NCBI GenBank assembly: GCA_943355025.1
Contig: CALRDW010000004.1
Span: 756-64,755, forward strand
Source of the DNA: Candidatus Magasanikiibacteriota bacterium
Lineage (GTDB): Bacteria > Patescibacteriota > Patescibacteriia > Magasanikbacterales > 2-02-FULL-50-9b
Reading direction: 5' to 3'
DNA length: 64,000 nt
Made by a program: the position numbers and the translations under genes. The first letter of the stretch is position 1, and every line of letters starts with the position of its first letter. The notes beneath the pieces are model-generated. The model was not told the DNA's origin. It made no database searches and saw only the letters and a program-made list of their open reading frames with translations. Positions 28,889 to 38,362 of the stretch are shown here, piece after piece.

Positions 28889-28963
28889 TCCGAGGTAGCT
28901 CAGCGGTAGAGCAATCGGCTGTTAACCGATTGGCCCAGGGTTCGAATCCCTGCCTCGGAGCCA
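28889..28963 (+). tRNA. tRNA-Asn (anticodon GTT)
   Basis: Cloverleaf with acceptor TCCGAGG/CCTCGGA, D-arm GCTCAGCGGTAGAGC, anticodon loop CTGTTAA, T-arm GGTTCGAATCC, and an encoded CCA. Confidence 0.85.
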
Positions 28964-29003
28964 AAGAAAAATACTCACCTTCGCGGTGAGTATTTTTCTT
29001 TTC
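28964..29003 (+). terminator. Rho-independent terminator after tRNA-Asn
   Basis: gaaaaatactcacc / ggtgagtatttttc stem with loop ttcgc, followed by a T-tract. Confidence 0.7.
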
Positions 29004-29039
29004 ATTGTAAAGTCATCAATGGCAACCGATCGGATCTTC

Positions 29040-29510
29040 TTACACAACTAGTGTATGCTCAAGTCGCTCGATTCGTTGAACAACTGCATTATAATACGCA
29101 TCACTTACCTTATTATCCGCTCGCAAACGTCTCATTTCTTTTAAGAGATCCGCTCCCTGATTTTCGAGATTTTCTAGGCGTTCGTCGTGCTTACCGAAGC
29201 AATAAAATATCGCCTCAAATTGAGTATCATGAACAAGTAATTTTTCAATAACTTCATCTAGCTTGCTTTCTATTCCCCCTATTTTACCCTCCATTCTTCC
29301 TATTTTATTTTCAACTCCCTCTATTCTACTCACAGCTCCTTCTAACTTTTCCTCAATCCCGTCTATTTTATTCTCGATCCCCTCTATTCTATCCACTTTC
29401 TTCTCTATCTTTTCCAATCCACCGAGCTTTTCGAGCACGTACGCTTCAAAAAGTGAATTCGGCTCTGGCTGCACAATAAGCCTGGTTCCCTCCAACATAC
29501 AAAATACCAT
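29040..29510 (-). CDS. Heptad-repeat coiled-coil protein (hypothetical)
   Basis: Seven consecutive xIEGxENK-type heptads (VDRIEGIENKIDGIEEKLEGAVSRIEGVENKIGRMEGKIGGIESKL) are encoded by 21-bp tandem DNA repeats. Confidence 0.55.
   Translation of the reverse strand: MVFCMLEGTRLIVQPEPNSLFEAYVLEKLGGLEKIEKKVDRIEGIENKIDGIEEKLEGAVSRIEGVENKIGRMEGKIGGIESKLDEVIEKLLVHDTQFEAIFYCFGKHDERLENLENQGADLLKEMRRLRADNKVSDAYYNAVVQRIERLEHTLVV
29269..29415. repeat. Seven 21-bp degenerate tandem repeats (ctattttaYYctc...)
   Basis: Units start at 29269, 29290, 29311, 29332, 29353, 29374 and 29395. They lie inside the coiled-coil CDS and encode the heptads. Confidence 0.7.
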
Positions 29511-29559
29511 TAGTGATTAACTTTGCGAGTATACCAAATCCGTATCCACCGTCAACAAA

Positions 29560-31011
29560 TTAGCATTTCGACAAATCAAGCTCTGCGGTAAATTTTATTT
29601 TTGAAACAAATTCCGGAACGTGGCTTACCATAATAAGTGTCCCCTCGTATTCCGCGAGCGCCTCTGCAATTACGGGAAGGTGGCGAAAATTAATATGATT
29701 CGTTGGCTCGTCCATGATGAGCAGCCCAGGCTCCTGCAAAACAAATTGTGCATAACACAAGAGGCCTTTTTGACCCTCCGAATATGTTCGGATTGGCTGC
29801 TTAAGTGTTTCCGATTTGAGTAAAAAGTGTGCACCGACAGCGTAAATAGTTTCATTGTCTGGCATATCCATCATGCTGGCAAGCGCTTGATATCCGCTCT
29901 GATCATAATCAAGCCCTGAAAAATCCTGACGATAATACCCTACTTTTACGCCTGGCATAATTTGGGCCCCTGCATGTGCTCCTTCTGCGAGCGATTTTAA
30001 AAACGTGCTCTTACCAATGCCGTTTGGCCCTTCGATAATCATCTTGTGGCCGCGTCGCAATTTGATATTAATATCCTTCTCTACAATTTTATGATTTTTG
30101 AGCGCGGCAATTCGTGTAATGACAACAACGTCTTCTTTCCATTCCTGCGGTTCAATTGTAAATCCTCGTAGTGTTCTATCTTCACGAAGCGTGTCAACCT
30201 TATTGTCTTCGGCCTCCTCAATTTCACCACGAAGTTTGGACGCGAGCTTGCGCATTTTTCCACCCTTATTTGCAAAAAAATTAACTTTTTCCTTACGATC
30301 CAAAATTTCTTTTTGGAGTCGTGCGTTTTTCATTCGATCGCGTTCGATTTGCGCCGCAATATTTTCAACCACGCTGTAATAATCCCCGACATACTGATTA
30401 ACCTTCCCTGTAAAAACATCGAGATGCAAAACACCATCAGTAAATGAATTTAAAAATTCTGTATCGTGCGAAATAACAATTACTGTTTTTTCGTAGGCTT
30501 GTAAAAAATAAGTGAGATGAAAAATTCCCTCAGCATCAAGATTATTTGTTGGTTCATCAAGAAGCAAAATATCTGGCTCTTGAATAAGCGCGAATGCTAA
30601 AAGCAGGCGCGCCTTTTGCCCACCAGACAAATCTCGTACATGTTTTTCATGCGAAACCTGTAAATTTACAACTTCCAAGATTTCCTTGATTCGTTTATCG
30701 AGATCGTACTTCTTTTCTGTGAAGGCCTCTATAAAATATTCTGTAATTGTTTTGTCCATCGCGGTTTCCGGCATCACTTGCTGCGCGATCGCGACACTCG
30801 CATTATTCGTTGTGTTCACGCTTCCGGTTTTCGGTTTAATCTCGCCCGTGATGAGTTTAAAAATTGTGCTTTTACCCGCGCCGTTCTGGCCCATGATTGT
30901 AACCTTTGCTCCTTCGCGTACACTAAAACTTGCGTCATCGAGAAGCAATCTGTCTTCAGTATATTCGAATGTTACGTTTTGGAAGCGCAAAATTACATCA
31001 CCGTGACTCAT
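29560..31011 (-). CDS. ABC-F family ATPase (EttA/Uup-like translation factor, two NBDs)
   Basis: NBD1 carries GQNGAGKST, LSGGQKARLLLA and LLLDEPTNNLD. NBD2 carries GPNGIGKST, YSEGQKGLL and LIMDEPTNHIN. There are no TM domains. Start taken at MSHGDV (31011). Confidence 0.8.
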   Translation of the reverse strand: MSHGDVILRFQNVTFEYTEDRLLLDDASFSVREGAKVTIMGQNGAGKSTIFKLITGEIKPKTGSVNTTNNASVAIAQQVMPETAMDKTITEYFIEAFTEKKYDLDKRIKEILEVVNLQVSHEKHVRDLSGGQKARLLLAFALIQEPDILLLDEPTNNLDAEGIFHLTYFLQAYEKTVIVISHDTEFLNSFTDGVLHLDVFTGKVNQYVGDYYSVVENIAAQIERDRMKNARLQKEILDRKEKVNFFANKGGKMRKLASKLRGEIEEAEDNKVDTLREDRTLRGFTIEPQEWKEDVVVITRIAALKNHKIVEKDINIKLRRGHKMIIEGPNGIGKSTFLKSLAEGAHAGAQIMPGVKVGYYRQDFSGLDYDQSGYQALASMMDMPDNETIYAVGAHFLLKSETLKQPIRTYSEGQKGLLCYAQFVLQEPGLLIMDEPTNHINFRHLPVIAEALAEYEGTLIMVSHVPEFVSKIKFTAELDLSKC

Positions 31012-31104
31012 AGTCGCATCAATATACGTGATTACACCGCTTCTGTCAATCAGCAAAAAGAAAAGAGCATGCACTCTGCACGCTCTTTTTTAGTAAAACT
31101 CTTT

Positions 31105-32484
31105 TTATAGATATGTGTAGTAGTCCCGCAGCTTATCAATTTCTGGCATGTTCTGAATTTTCTCCAGCGCCTTTGCCTCAATCTGACGAATGCGTTCGCG
31201 CGTAACATCGAATTCTTTACCAACTTCTTCAAGTGTGTGTGATACACCGTCAATCAAACCAAAACGCATTTCGAGAATTTTTTGCTCACGTGGTTGCAAA
31301 TCTTTAATAGATGCGCGCACATAATCTCGCAAAAGCTGAAGCGCAGACGCGCGGTCCGGCGACAAATTTTTTACATCTTCAATAAAGTCACCGAGCTGTG
31401 AATCATCATCATCGTCACCCACAGACGTTTCGAGCGAAACTGTTTCCTGCGAAATTTTAATAATATGGCGAACTTTTTCAACATCCTCGCCCATTTCTGC
31501 TGCGATTTCCTCTGGCGTTGGATCACGACCCAAATCCTGAAGCAACCGGCGCTCAACTTGTTGAAAACGATTAATTGTTTCAACCATGTGAACAGGAATA
31601 CGAATTGTTCGTGACTGGTCTGCGAGCGCTCGAGTAATCGCCTGTCGAATCCACCACGTTGCGTATGTCGAAAATTTGTAGCCCCGCTTGTATTCGAACT
31701 TTTTAACCGCTCGAAACAAACCAATGTTCCCTTCCTGAATTAAATCGAGCAGCGAAAGCTGTTTTCCCACAAATTTTTTCGCGATAGAAACAACCAACCG
31801 TAAATTTGCTTCGATCAAACCACGTTCTGCCTCTCTCTCGCCGCGATCTTTCCGCTTTGCCAATGAAATTTCTTCCTCGGCCGTAAGAAGCGGAATTTTT
31901 CCAATCTCGCGCAAATACATTTGAATCGAATCGCTCGTGAGCTCCATCGGATCAACTGTATTTTTTGTTTTTTTATCGTGGCCTGTGCTGTGGAATTTAT
32001 TCAAAATATCTTTTTGAGCGTCGCGCTGTCCCAGCATTCCTTCCTTCATTTCAACCACGCTCACACTTGCGCGCTCAAGCTGTGTTAAAAATTCTTCGAA
32101 TTGCTCGAGATATTCCTCAACGTATGGAAACGCAAACAACACTTCGACTTCTGTAACAAAACCACGCTTGCGGCCTTTTGTTTCGAGTTCGCCAAGTCGT
32201 TCCACTGTCGGTGGAATCAGATCAAAAATATCTGATTCTGGAAGTGGTCCCGCTCCTGTGCCATTGACTCGGCGCAACGCTTTTTGCAGCGCACGATTAT
32301 TGTGTCCGCTCGGCTTTGGACCAACAATCTTGGGCGCTTTTTTAGCAGGCTTAACAACCTGCTTTACCGGCATGACCTTTTTAACGGACGCTGGTTTTTT
32401 TGCGACGATCACTGCGCGACGGACAGGCGCTTTTAATTTCTTGGCAGGAAGTTGCGCCTTCTTTGCCTTCGCTGGTTTCTTCAT
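31105..32484 (-). CDS. rpoD: RNA polymerase sigma factor RpoD (sigma-70) with Lys/Ala/Pro-rich N-terminal tail
   Basis: Region 2 ([40 protein letters not shown]) and regions 3/4 ([23 protein letters not shown]). The N-terminal 60 aa is a KKPAKAKKA-type basic repeat. Confidence 0.9.
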   Translation of the reverse strand: MKKPAKAKKAQLPAKKLKAPVRRAVIVAKKPASVKKVMPVKQVVKPAKKAPKIVGPKPSGHNNRALQKALRRVNGTGAGPLPESDIFDLIPPTVERLGELETKGRKRGFVTEVEVLFAFPYVEEYLEQFEEFLTQLERASVSVVEMKEGMLGQRDAQKDILNKFHSTGHDKKTKNTVDPMELTSDSIQMYLREIGKIPLLTAEEEISLAKRKDRGEREAERGLIEANLRLVVSIAKKFVGKQLSLLDLIQEGNIGLFRAVKKFEYKRGYKFSTYATWWIRQAITRALADQSRTIRIPVHMVETINRFQQVERRLLQDLGRDPTPEEIAAEMGEDVEKVRHIIKISQETVSLETSVGDDDDDSQLGDFIEDVKNLSPDRASALQLLRDYVRASIKDLQPREQKILEMRFGLIDGVSHTLEEVGKEFDVTRERIRQIEAKALEKIQNMPEIDKLRDYYTYL

Positions 32485-34256
32485 ACAATAAGCTTTTGGT
32501 AACGCTCGAGAAGTGTCTTGAGACGGGGTTGATCTCCAGTGCTCTCAGCGCGCTGGATTTCATGAATCAAGGTTTCACGGTGTTCTGTTAAATAAATTTC
32601 GCGCAGACGCTTTGTAAGCGCCCGCAATTCCGCCTGTCTTTCTTTTTGGCCCATCTCCGAGTAGCTCGCAGCAACGAGTAACTCAAGTGTCGAGTCTTTG
32701 ACAGGGGCGCCAGATTTCGGCGTGGTGCCGGTAGTATACTGGTCAGTCCACTCTTTGTAAAGCGCACGATATGTGTCATCAATAATTACATCCTCAGGAA
32801 GGACATGCCGCACTTCTTCGAATAAAGAAAACTCCTGTTGCAACAGTGCTAAAATTCGTTCTTCGAGTTGACTACGAATTTGGCGCGACCGTTTTGCCTC
32901 TCGCTCTAGCTTATCTTCAATAGGTTTTTGAGCGCTCTGATCCAGCGTCGAAGTTTGAATGCGTCGCATGAGTTCGGTTAGCGCCTCCGCCCCAGTTTGA
33001 AGCAGCAAACTCGCTTGCTGAATCCAATGATCCCGTTCAATCGCGCTCGGAAGCAGTTTAATAAACGAAACTATTTTTTGAGAAACCTGATGTTTACGCC
33101 GCGGATCTTTTTGTAAATCAGCGCGTCTGTCTTCCGGAATAAGCTGCGTCATCATGTGCTCCATGAATGGTTTTGCAGCCTTAACCGCCTCTGACCAGAT
33201 GGCCGGATCTTTTTTTATACACTCATCAGCATCTTTACCCGCACCCTCAGGGATTCGAATAATTTTTACGACAAACCCTTCTGCAAGTGCAATCGCTATC
33301 GATCGTTCAGCAGCAGCTTGCCCCGCAGCATCGGCGTCAAATGCAATTCGAAGTTCGTCCGTATATCGTTTCAATAATCGCAGCTGCTCAACCGTGAGCG
33401 CGGTACCCGAACACGCGACAACCTGTTTCATCCCGGCCTGATGACAGGCAATCACGTCCATTTGTCCCTCGACTAAAACCGTATATCCCGCCTCTTTAAT
33501 TGCTTGCTTCGCATAATGGATCGCATACACCACATTTCCCTTATGAAACAGTGGCGTCTCCGGCGTATTCATATATTTACCGCCAGAGTCTTTTGTTTCA
33601 ACAAGCACCCGCCCGGTAAATCCAATCACGCGCCCATGCGTGTCCCAAATTGGAAACATGATGCGCGAACGGAACCGATCGAAATATCCACGTCGACCCT
33701 CCGTCTTTGCAATTGTGAGCCCTGCCTTCACGCAATCCTCAATCGTGAATCCTTTTTTTAAAAAATATTGTGTTATCACGTCCCAGCCTGTTGGCGCAAA
33801 ACCTACCTGAAATGAACCTAATATCGCGCTCGAAACCAACCGCTTCTCTAAATATTCCCGCGCACCAGCCGCGCCCGGAAGCTCACACAAAATGCGATGA
33901 TACACATTCGCCGCAATTTGCAGCATCTCGAGCAGGCGCGTGCGTTCATTTTTATTTACTTCTGAACGAACGCCACTCGACAATTCAATCCCCGCTTTTT
34001 CCGCCAACAATTGCAATGCTTCTCGAAAATCTATATTTTCGATGCGCTGAACAAACGTAAAAATATCTCCACCTTCGCTACAACCGAAGCAGTGCCAGAT
34101 TTGTTTCTCGCGGTTGACCATGAAACTCGCTGATTTTTCGTGGTGAAATGGGCATGTCGCCTTAAAATGCGCGCCAGACTGTTTTAAAGTCAAATAATCG
34201 CGGATTACATCCACGATATCAAGTCGATGCTTAATTGCCTCAACATCATTTGTCAT
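32481..34256 (-). CDS. dnaG: DNA primase
   Basis: Zinc finger [25 protein letters not shown], a toprim EGQMDV motif, and a C-terminal helicase-interaction region. It overlaps rpoD by 4 nt. Confidence 0.9.
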   Translation of the reverse strand: MTNDVEAIKHRLDIVDVIRDYLTLKQSGAHFKATCPFHHEKSASFMVNREKQIWHCFGCSEGGDIFTFVQRIENIDFREALQLLAEKAGIELSSGVRSEVNKNERTRLLEMLQIAANVYHRILCELPGAAGAREYLEKRLVSSAILGSFQVGFAPTGWDVITQYFLKKGFTIEDCVKAGLTIAKTEGRRGYFDRFRSRIMFPIWDTHGRVIGFTGRVLVETKDSGGKYMNTPETPLFHKGNVVYAIHYAKQAIKEAGYTVLVEGQMDVIACHQAGMKQVVACSGTALTVEQLRLLKRYTDELRIAFDADAAGQAAAERSIAIALAEGFVVKIIRIPEGAGKDADECIKKDPAIWSEAVKAAKPFMEHMMTQLIPEDRRADLQKDPRRKHQVSQKIVSFIKLLPSAIERDHWIQQASLLLQTGAEALTELMRRIQTSTLDQSAQKPIEDKLEREAKRSRQIRSQLEERILALLQQEFSLFEEVRHVLPEDVIIDDTYRALYKEWTDQYTTGTTPKSGAPVKDSTLELLVAASYSEMGQKERQAELRALTKRLREIYLTEHRETLIHEIQRAESTGDQPRLKTLLERYQKLIV

Positions 34257-34594
34257 CGCTCAAGCGGCTTACCATTTTTATTCACCAAAATTACCATTGG
34301 CACACCAAGCTCTGCGCGCATTCGCGCCAATTCATCTTCGATTACATCGCCAAAATATTCACCGCTGTGAGCTGAAGAACCGTCATACGTTGGCGCTTTT
34401 TGATCAATATGAATTGAAAGTGTAAGCGGTACAGCTAAATCCTGGACATAGACATGAAATCGCGGAAAATCAAATCCGCTCACGCGACGAACATAACTAA
34501 CTTCGCCTTCACGATTAGTTTGTTTTGCATACCCAATACTGCGCATGAACACATGCGGCGGATAATGAGGAGGTTCCTTAAAACGTACTTTCAT
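34253..34594 (-). CDS. Hypothetical protein (113 aa)
   Basis: It overlaps the dnaG start by 4 nt. No domain is recognised. GSSAHSGEYFGDVIEDE is a weak nucleotidyltransferase-like motif. Confidence 0.45.
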   Translation of the reverse strand: MKVRFKEPPHYPPHVFMRSIGYAKQTNREGEVSYVRRVSGFDFPRFHVYVQDLAVPLTLSIHIDQKAPTYDGSSAHSGEYFGDVIEDELARMRAELGVPMVILVNKNGKPLER

Positions 34595-34636
34595 ACTCGC
34601 TTCATACTAACTCATCGAAGCGCGATTGGAAAGCGC

Positions 34637-35962
34637 TCAATTAAAGGAGTAGGGGTCGGGGTTCACTTCGGTCTTAGACGTGGCCGTTTTGACGGCAACC
34701 GGTTTTCCATTAATGAGCCGGAGCGACAAGGTACGCGCTGTATCCTCTTCATGAACAAAGGGGCTTCGAGGTTGCATCTGCACAGGCTGCCGTTGTCCAT
34801 CTTGAAACATATTCTTCTCCCACGTAAGCGTCGGCTGTCCCGTCGCGTCAGCAAACGTGTGTTCAAGTTTGTCACTCAAAACTTTGTGGTCGCCAAACGG
34901 TTGATGCCAAGAAGGTATACGGACCTCTGAGCCAGAGTAGGTTAAAATACCGAGCGGCTCCTTGTGCGCCTCCGCACACAGATGTGCAATCGCTGATGCG
35001 TCGTGCGCAGGACAGAGAATAAACATGTTGCCTACAGAAACGCGGGGCAAAGCAAGTCGTTCGGCATGCTTAAGTCTTTTCCAATCATCACTATCGGCAG
35101 GTCGATCAATACCCACATGCAGAACTTTTTTCGCGCGCAGCCGTACCTCATATTGCGCAGCATACATCGGAACAATACACTCGTGATCAGCATCAAGAAT
35201 TAATTCAGGTGCAGCAACAAACCCAACAAGATGGAACGGATCCCCTTGTAATATACGAACCTTATTGAGGTTAAATGCAATTCCATCAGCGCCACCAGCT
35301 CCCCATGGCCGCTGTTTTTTATGCGCAACCTCAATACTCGTAAGCAGTGCACCATCGGTAATTACAGAAATCAACGAATTCAAATTAGTCGAATGGACCA
35401 AAAAATTCCCGCTGGGAAATAGCGTTTTCAATTTTTCAGACTGTTCAGCAGGCAAATCCCTATCAAGACTAATTACAGAATCCAAGATTCTTTTTTCTAA
35501 ATTTACATCTATTTTTTCACGCGACTTACTGGTAGCGGCAGACTCCCTAAGAAACGCTTCCGCGCCTTGCTCATACTCCAATCGAGCGAGTTTGTAAATT
35601 TTACTAAACAGCTCTGCATGATACGGCTTCTGTCGCACGAAATTATGAACGAACTCAGGCAGCCCCTGCGCTTCGTAGTCGTCGTTCGTGAGCTGGGCAC
35701 CAATTTTTAAGGCTAAGCCATGCCCATAATAATTTAATTCTGACTCGAGATCATCTAACAATAACGAGTCCTTGTCGCTCAGGCTCTCATATAATTCAGA
35801 ATTATACCGCGCAATATATCGCTGAACTAATTCCATTTGTGAAAAAAGCTCATTAAACCGCTTTGGACGGCCAAATTTTATTTCCGACCCTTCCGCGGGG
35901 CGTTTCGCTGAAGCCTTGTCAGTCTCTTCATGGACGGATTGTTCATGAAACGAATCAAACAT
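34637..35962 (-). CDS. Hypothetical protein (441 aa)
   Basis: Long intact ORF in the operon frame. The N-terminus is an acidic helical region and the core is conserved-looking (GNFLVHSTNLNSLISV...HLVGFVAAPELILDADHECIVPMY). No known family could be assigned. Confidence 0.5.
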   Translation of the reverse strand: MFDSFHEQSVHEETDKASAKRPAEGSEIKFGRPKRFNELFSQMELVQRYIARYNSELYESLSDKDSLLLDDLESELNYYGHGLALKIGAQLTNDDYEAQGLPEFVHNFVRQKPYHAELFSKIYKLARLEYEQGAEAFLRESAATSKSREKIDVNLEKRILDSVISLDRDLPAEQSEKLKTLFPSGNFLVHSTNLNSLISVITDGALLTSIEVAHKKQRPWGAGGADGIAFNLNKVRILQGDPFHLVGFVAAPELILDADHECIVPMYAAQYEVRLRAKKVLHVGIDRPADSDDWKRLKHAERLALPRVSVGNMFILCPAHDASAIAHLCAEAHKEPLGILTYSGSEVRIPSWHQPFGDHKVLSDKLEHTFADATGQPTLTWEKNMFQDGQRQPVQMQPRSPFVHEEDTARTLSLRLINGKPVAVKTATSKTEVNPDPYSFN

Positions 35963-35968
35963 ACAAAA

Positions 35969-36301
35969 TTATTCCTTGAGTTTAGCAAACTGAGTTTTGA
36001 GCGCTACAAGCTCGGTTGCCACCGCCTTTTCAATCAGGAGTGAGGCATTCGGAATGCGTGCGACCACTTCCGCAAGTGTTGCATAAAAATTACTTGGGTC
36101 ATCCATTAATGAGTGATTGAGCTTATCAACGTCTGAGGGGGGCAAATGAGCAATTACAACCTCAAGTACGATGTCATTAAAATGGACAATGAGTCCTGCA
36201 GCAACTTCGGCTTGACGTTCGGCCGGCATAGATTTTACACCAAGTTCTGTCAAAATTTCTGCGCTAATTTTTTCAAGCTCATGTGCTTTCATAGGAATCA
36301 A
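35969..36301 (-). CDS. Hypothetical protein (110 aa, helical)
   Basis: It sits 6 nt downstream of the next gene's stop and is overlapped by 4 nt by the gene upstream of it. No domain is recognised. Confidence 0.45.
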   Translation of the reverse strand: MIPMKAHELEKISAEILTELGVKSMPAERQAEVAAGLIVHFNDIVLEVVIAHLPPSDVDKLNHSLMDDPSNFYATLAEVVARIPNASLLIEKAVATELVALKTQFAKLKE

Positions 36302-37566
36302 TTAATGCCCGGCGCCTCGGGTGCTTCTGTCTGACGCGCGGGCGCTGCTGCCGCGGAAACTGCAGACTGGTGAAACGGAAGCAGTGAGATAATTTTTTGT
36401 GTCACCTGCTTTAGCCATGCATGCGCGGTTTTGTCTAACCCCTGTTCGCTCATCTCATGCGCGCCCTGTGCGGTCAAATGCTCAATAAATAATCCCGCTT
36501 GGTGTGCGACCGTGTCAAAGGCGTGCTGAATCGCTGGCGCGGCTGCCTCGAGAATTCCAGTTCCAATTGCTGAGGCTATAGTTCCACACAGCGCGCCAAA
36601 CATGATCGACTCTGCAAGTTTTTTAAGACTCATGCCCCGTCCCATTCGCGAGTGACGCGTTCGGATTTCATTTAAAAGTGTCTGAGTTTTATTTTTTTCA
36701 GAAACAGGAATATCAATTCTTACGTCACGCGACTTATTCAAAAGAAATAGCATCTTGTCCGCATCTCCAGTTGCTTCGTGCTTTTTTTTATGTAAACTAA
36801 TTTCCAGCCTCATTCGTGCCGCACGACACGCATAAACAAGGGGCAATGTTTGCGCATCCGTAAAATTATATCGTCGCGCTTCTTGAATAATAGATTCCGC
36901 CTCGTTCACCAGCGCAGAAGCCTTGAGCGAGTCGGGTTCATTATTCATTTCTTCTGTGACAAAAGACATTCGTTGTCTCAGCAAATGTTTTTTGTAATCT
37001 TTGTGAACCTCAAAGCCGATGCTCATGAGCGCTCCAGAGAGAAGTGCAGCAACAAAACCGTGGCTCCCCACCAATTCAAAACCTTCTCGCAGTGCAGCCT
37101 TAGTTCCAAGTTCGCCAAACAAGTGTCCACTTACACTAGCAACTGCCGCCCCAGCAACCGTTTGTTTAATTGAGGTACACACTTTTTTTGTAACGCCTGC
37201 GCGCTGCTCGGGCGAGAGTTGCCCGCGCATAGTAGCTGGGTCAGGAAAATGTATGTTCGGAATTCCTGAGGATGCAGCTTGGCGACAAACTTTATAGGAA
37301 AGTTCGTCGATGCCACCAACATCCTTTGCTAAAGTATCAATTGAAAAACGTTCTGAGTCAGTGTATAAACCTAGATTGCCACTTTCCGTTGCCTCTGGCA
37401 ACTTTTGCCAGACAGGCGACTGTTTCGAAAAACTGCGGTCAGCATTTTCAAATGCAGCGTTTAGACGTGAACCAAAAAAAGTCTGCTCCGGCGAAATAGC
37501 CGCACCAGACTCGATTTTTTTATGTGAAGGACGTTCAGGAAGGTTTGACAAACTCAGCTCTCCCAT
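36298..37566 (-). CDS. Hypothetical membrane-associated protein (422 aa) with glycine-zipper helices
   Basis: Three hydrophobic small-xxx-small segments: TVAGAAVASVSGHLFGELG, GFVAALLSGALMSIGFEV and IMFGALCGTIASAIGTGILEAAAPAI. No homolog is recognised. Confidence 0.5.
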   Translation of the reverse strand: MGELSLSNLPERPSHKKIESGAAISPEQTFFGSRLNAAFENADRSFSKQSPVWQKLPEATESGNLGLYTDSERFSIDTLAKDVGGIDELSYKVCRQAASSGIPNIHFPDPATMRGQLSPEQRAGVTKKVCTSIKQTVAGAAVASVSGHLFGELGTKAALREGFELVGSHGFVAALLSGALMSIGFEVHKDYKKHLLRQRMSFVTEEMNNEPDSLKASALVNEAESIIQEARRYNFTDAQTLPLVYACRAARMRLEISLHKKKHEATGDADKMLFLLNKSRDVRIDIPVSEKNKTQTLLNEIRTRHSRMGRGMSLKKLAESIMFGALCGTIASAIGTGILEAAAPAIQHAFDTVAHQAGLFIEHLTAQGAHEMSEQGLDKTAHAWLKQVTQKIISLLPFHQSAVSAAAAPARQTEAPEAPGIN

Positions 37567-37614
37567 ATACTGTGTTAATTCGGAGTTTAGTATAACACAC
37601 TTTATATTTTGCGT

Positions 37615-37700
37615 GGAGAGGTCGCATAGTTGGTCTAGTGCACCACCTTGGAAAGGTGGCGTCTCGCAAGGGACCAGGAGTTCGAATCTCCTCCTCTCCG
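37615..37700 (+). tRNA. tRNA-Ser (anticodon GGA), type II with long variable arm
   Basis: Acceptor GGAGAGG/CCTCTCC, anticodon loop TTGGAAA, long variable arm GCGTCTCGCAAGGGACC, and T-arm GGAGTTCGAATCTCC. CCA is not encoded. Confidence 0.8.
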
Positions 37701-37734
37701 CATAGCATATAAAATCTTTGCATAAAAAATACGT

Positions 37735-38304
37735 ATGAGTATCCGAACAGCAGTATTTGTTAAAGGAATACGAGGAACTGATGCCATACTTGCTGATGGT
37801 ATTCCTCAGGTCGCTTTTATCGGCCGGTCGAACGCTGGAAAATCCAGCATCATCAATTCATTGACGAACCAAAAAGGTCTTGCAAAAACAAGCTCGTTTC
37901 CCGGACGCACGCAAGAAATAAATTTATTTTTGATAAATAAAAGTTTTTATTTAGTCGATCTCCCTGGCTACGGTTTTACTAAATTGTCGCACGCAGCGCG
38001 AATAAAACTTGAAAAACTTGTCAACTGGTATTTTTTTGAATCCCCCTACAAACAAAAAAAGATAGTTCTCATCATTGATGCGTCACTTGGACCGACAGCG
38101 AGCGACATGGAGATGCTCCATGCACTTATGCAGCATGAAAAAAATATAATCGTTGTTGCAAATAAAATTGATAAACTAAAAAAGACGGCGTACGAAAAAC
38201 AGATGGAAAAAATAAAAGGACTGATTGGCGACCACCCTATTATTCCCTACTCATCCGAGAAACGCGCGGGTATGAACGAACTTCTCAAGGAGATTTTGGC
38301 TTAG
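37735..38304 (+). CDS. engB: Ribosome biogenesis GTPase EngB/YsxC
   Basis: G1 motif VAFIGRSNAGKSSIIN, a G2 threonine, DLPGYG (G3), and NKIDK (G4). Confidence 0.85.
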   Translation: MSIRTAVFVKGIRGTDAILADGIPQVAFIGRSNAGKSSIINSLTNQKGLAKTSSFPGRTQEINLFLINKSFYLVDLPGYGFTKLSHAARIKLEKLVNWYFFESPYKQKKIVLIIDASLGPTASDMEMLHALMQHEKNIIVVANKIDKLKKTAYEKQMEKIKGLIGDHPIIPYSSEKRAGMNELLKEILA

Positions 38305-38314
38305 TAAAAAAATT

Positions 38315-38362
38315 GCCGCGCTGCACTCTGTTCTCGGAACGTGGTGCAGCGCGGTTTTTTTG
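38315..38362. terminator. Bidirectional rho-independent terminator (engB / pyrB)
   Basis: gccgcgctgcac / gtgcagcgcggt stem, with T-tracts in both orientations. Confidence 0.7.

Noticed and set aside
37561-37614. Promoter for tRNA-Ser
   Set aside because: A TATATT -10-like box is present, but no convincing -35 lies at 16-18 nt spacing, so I did not call it.
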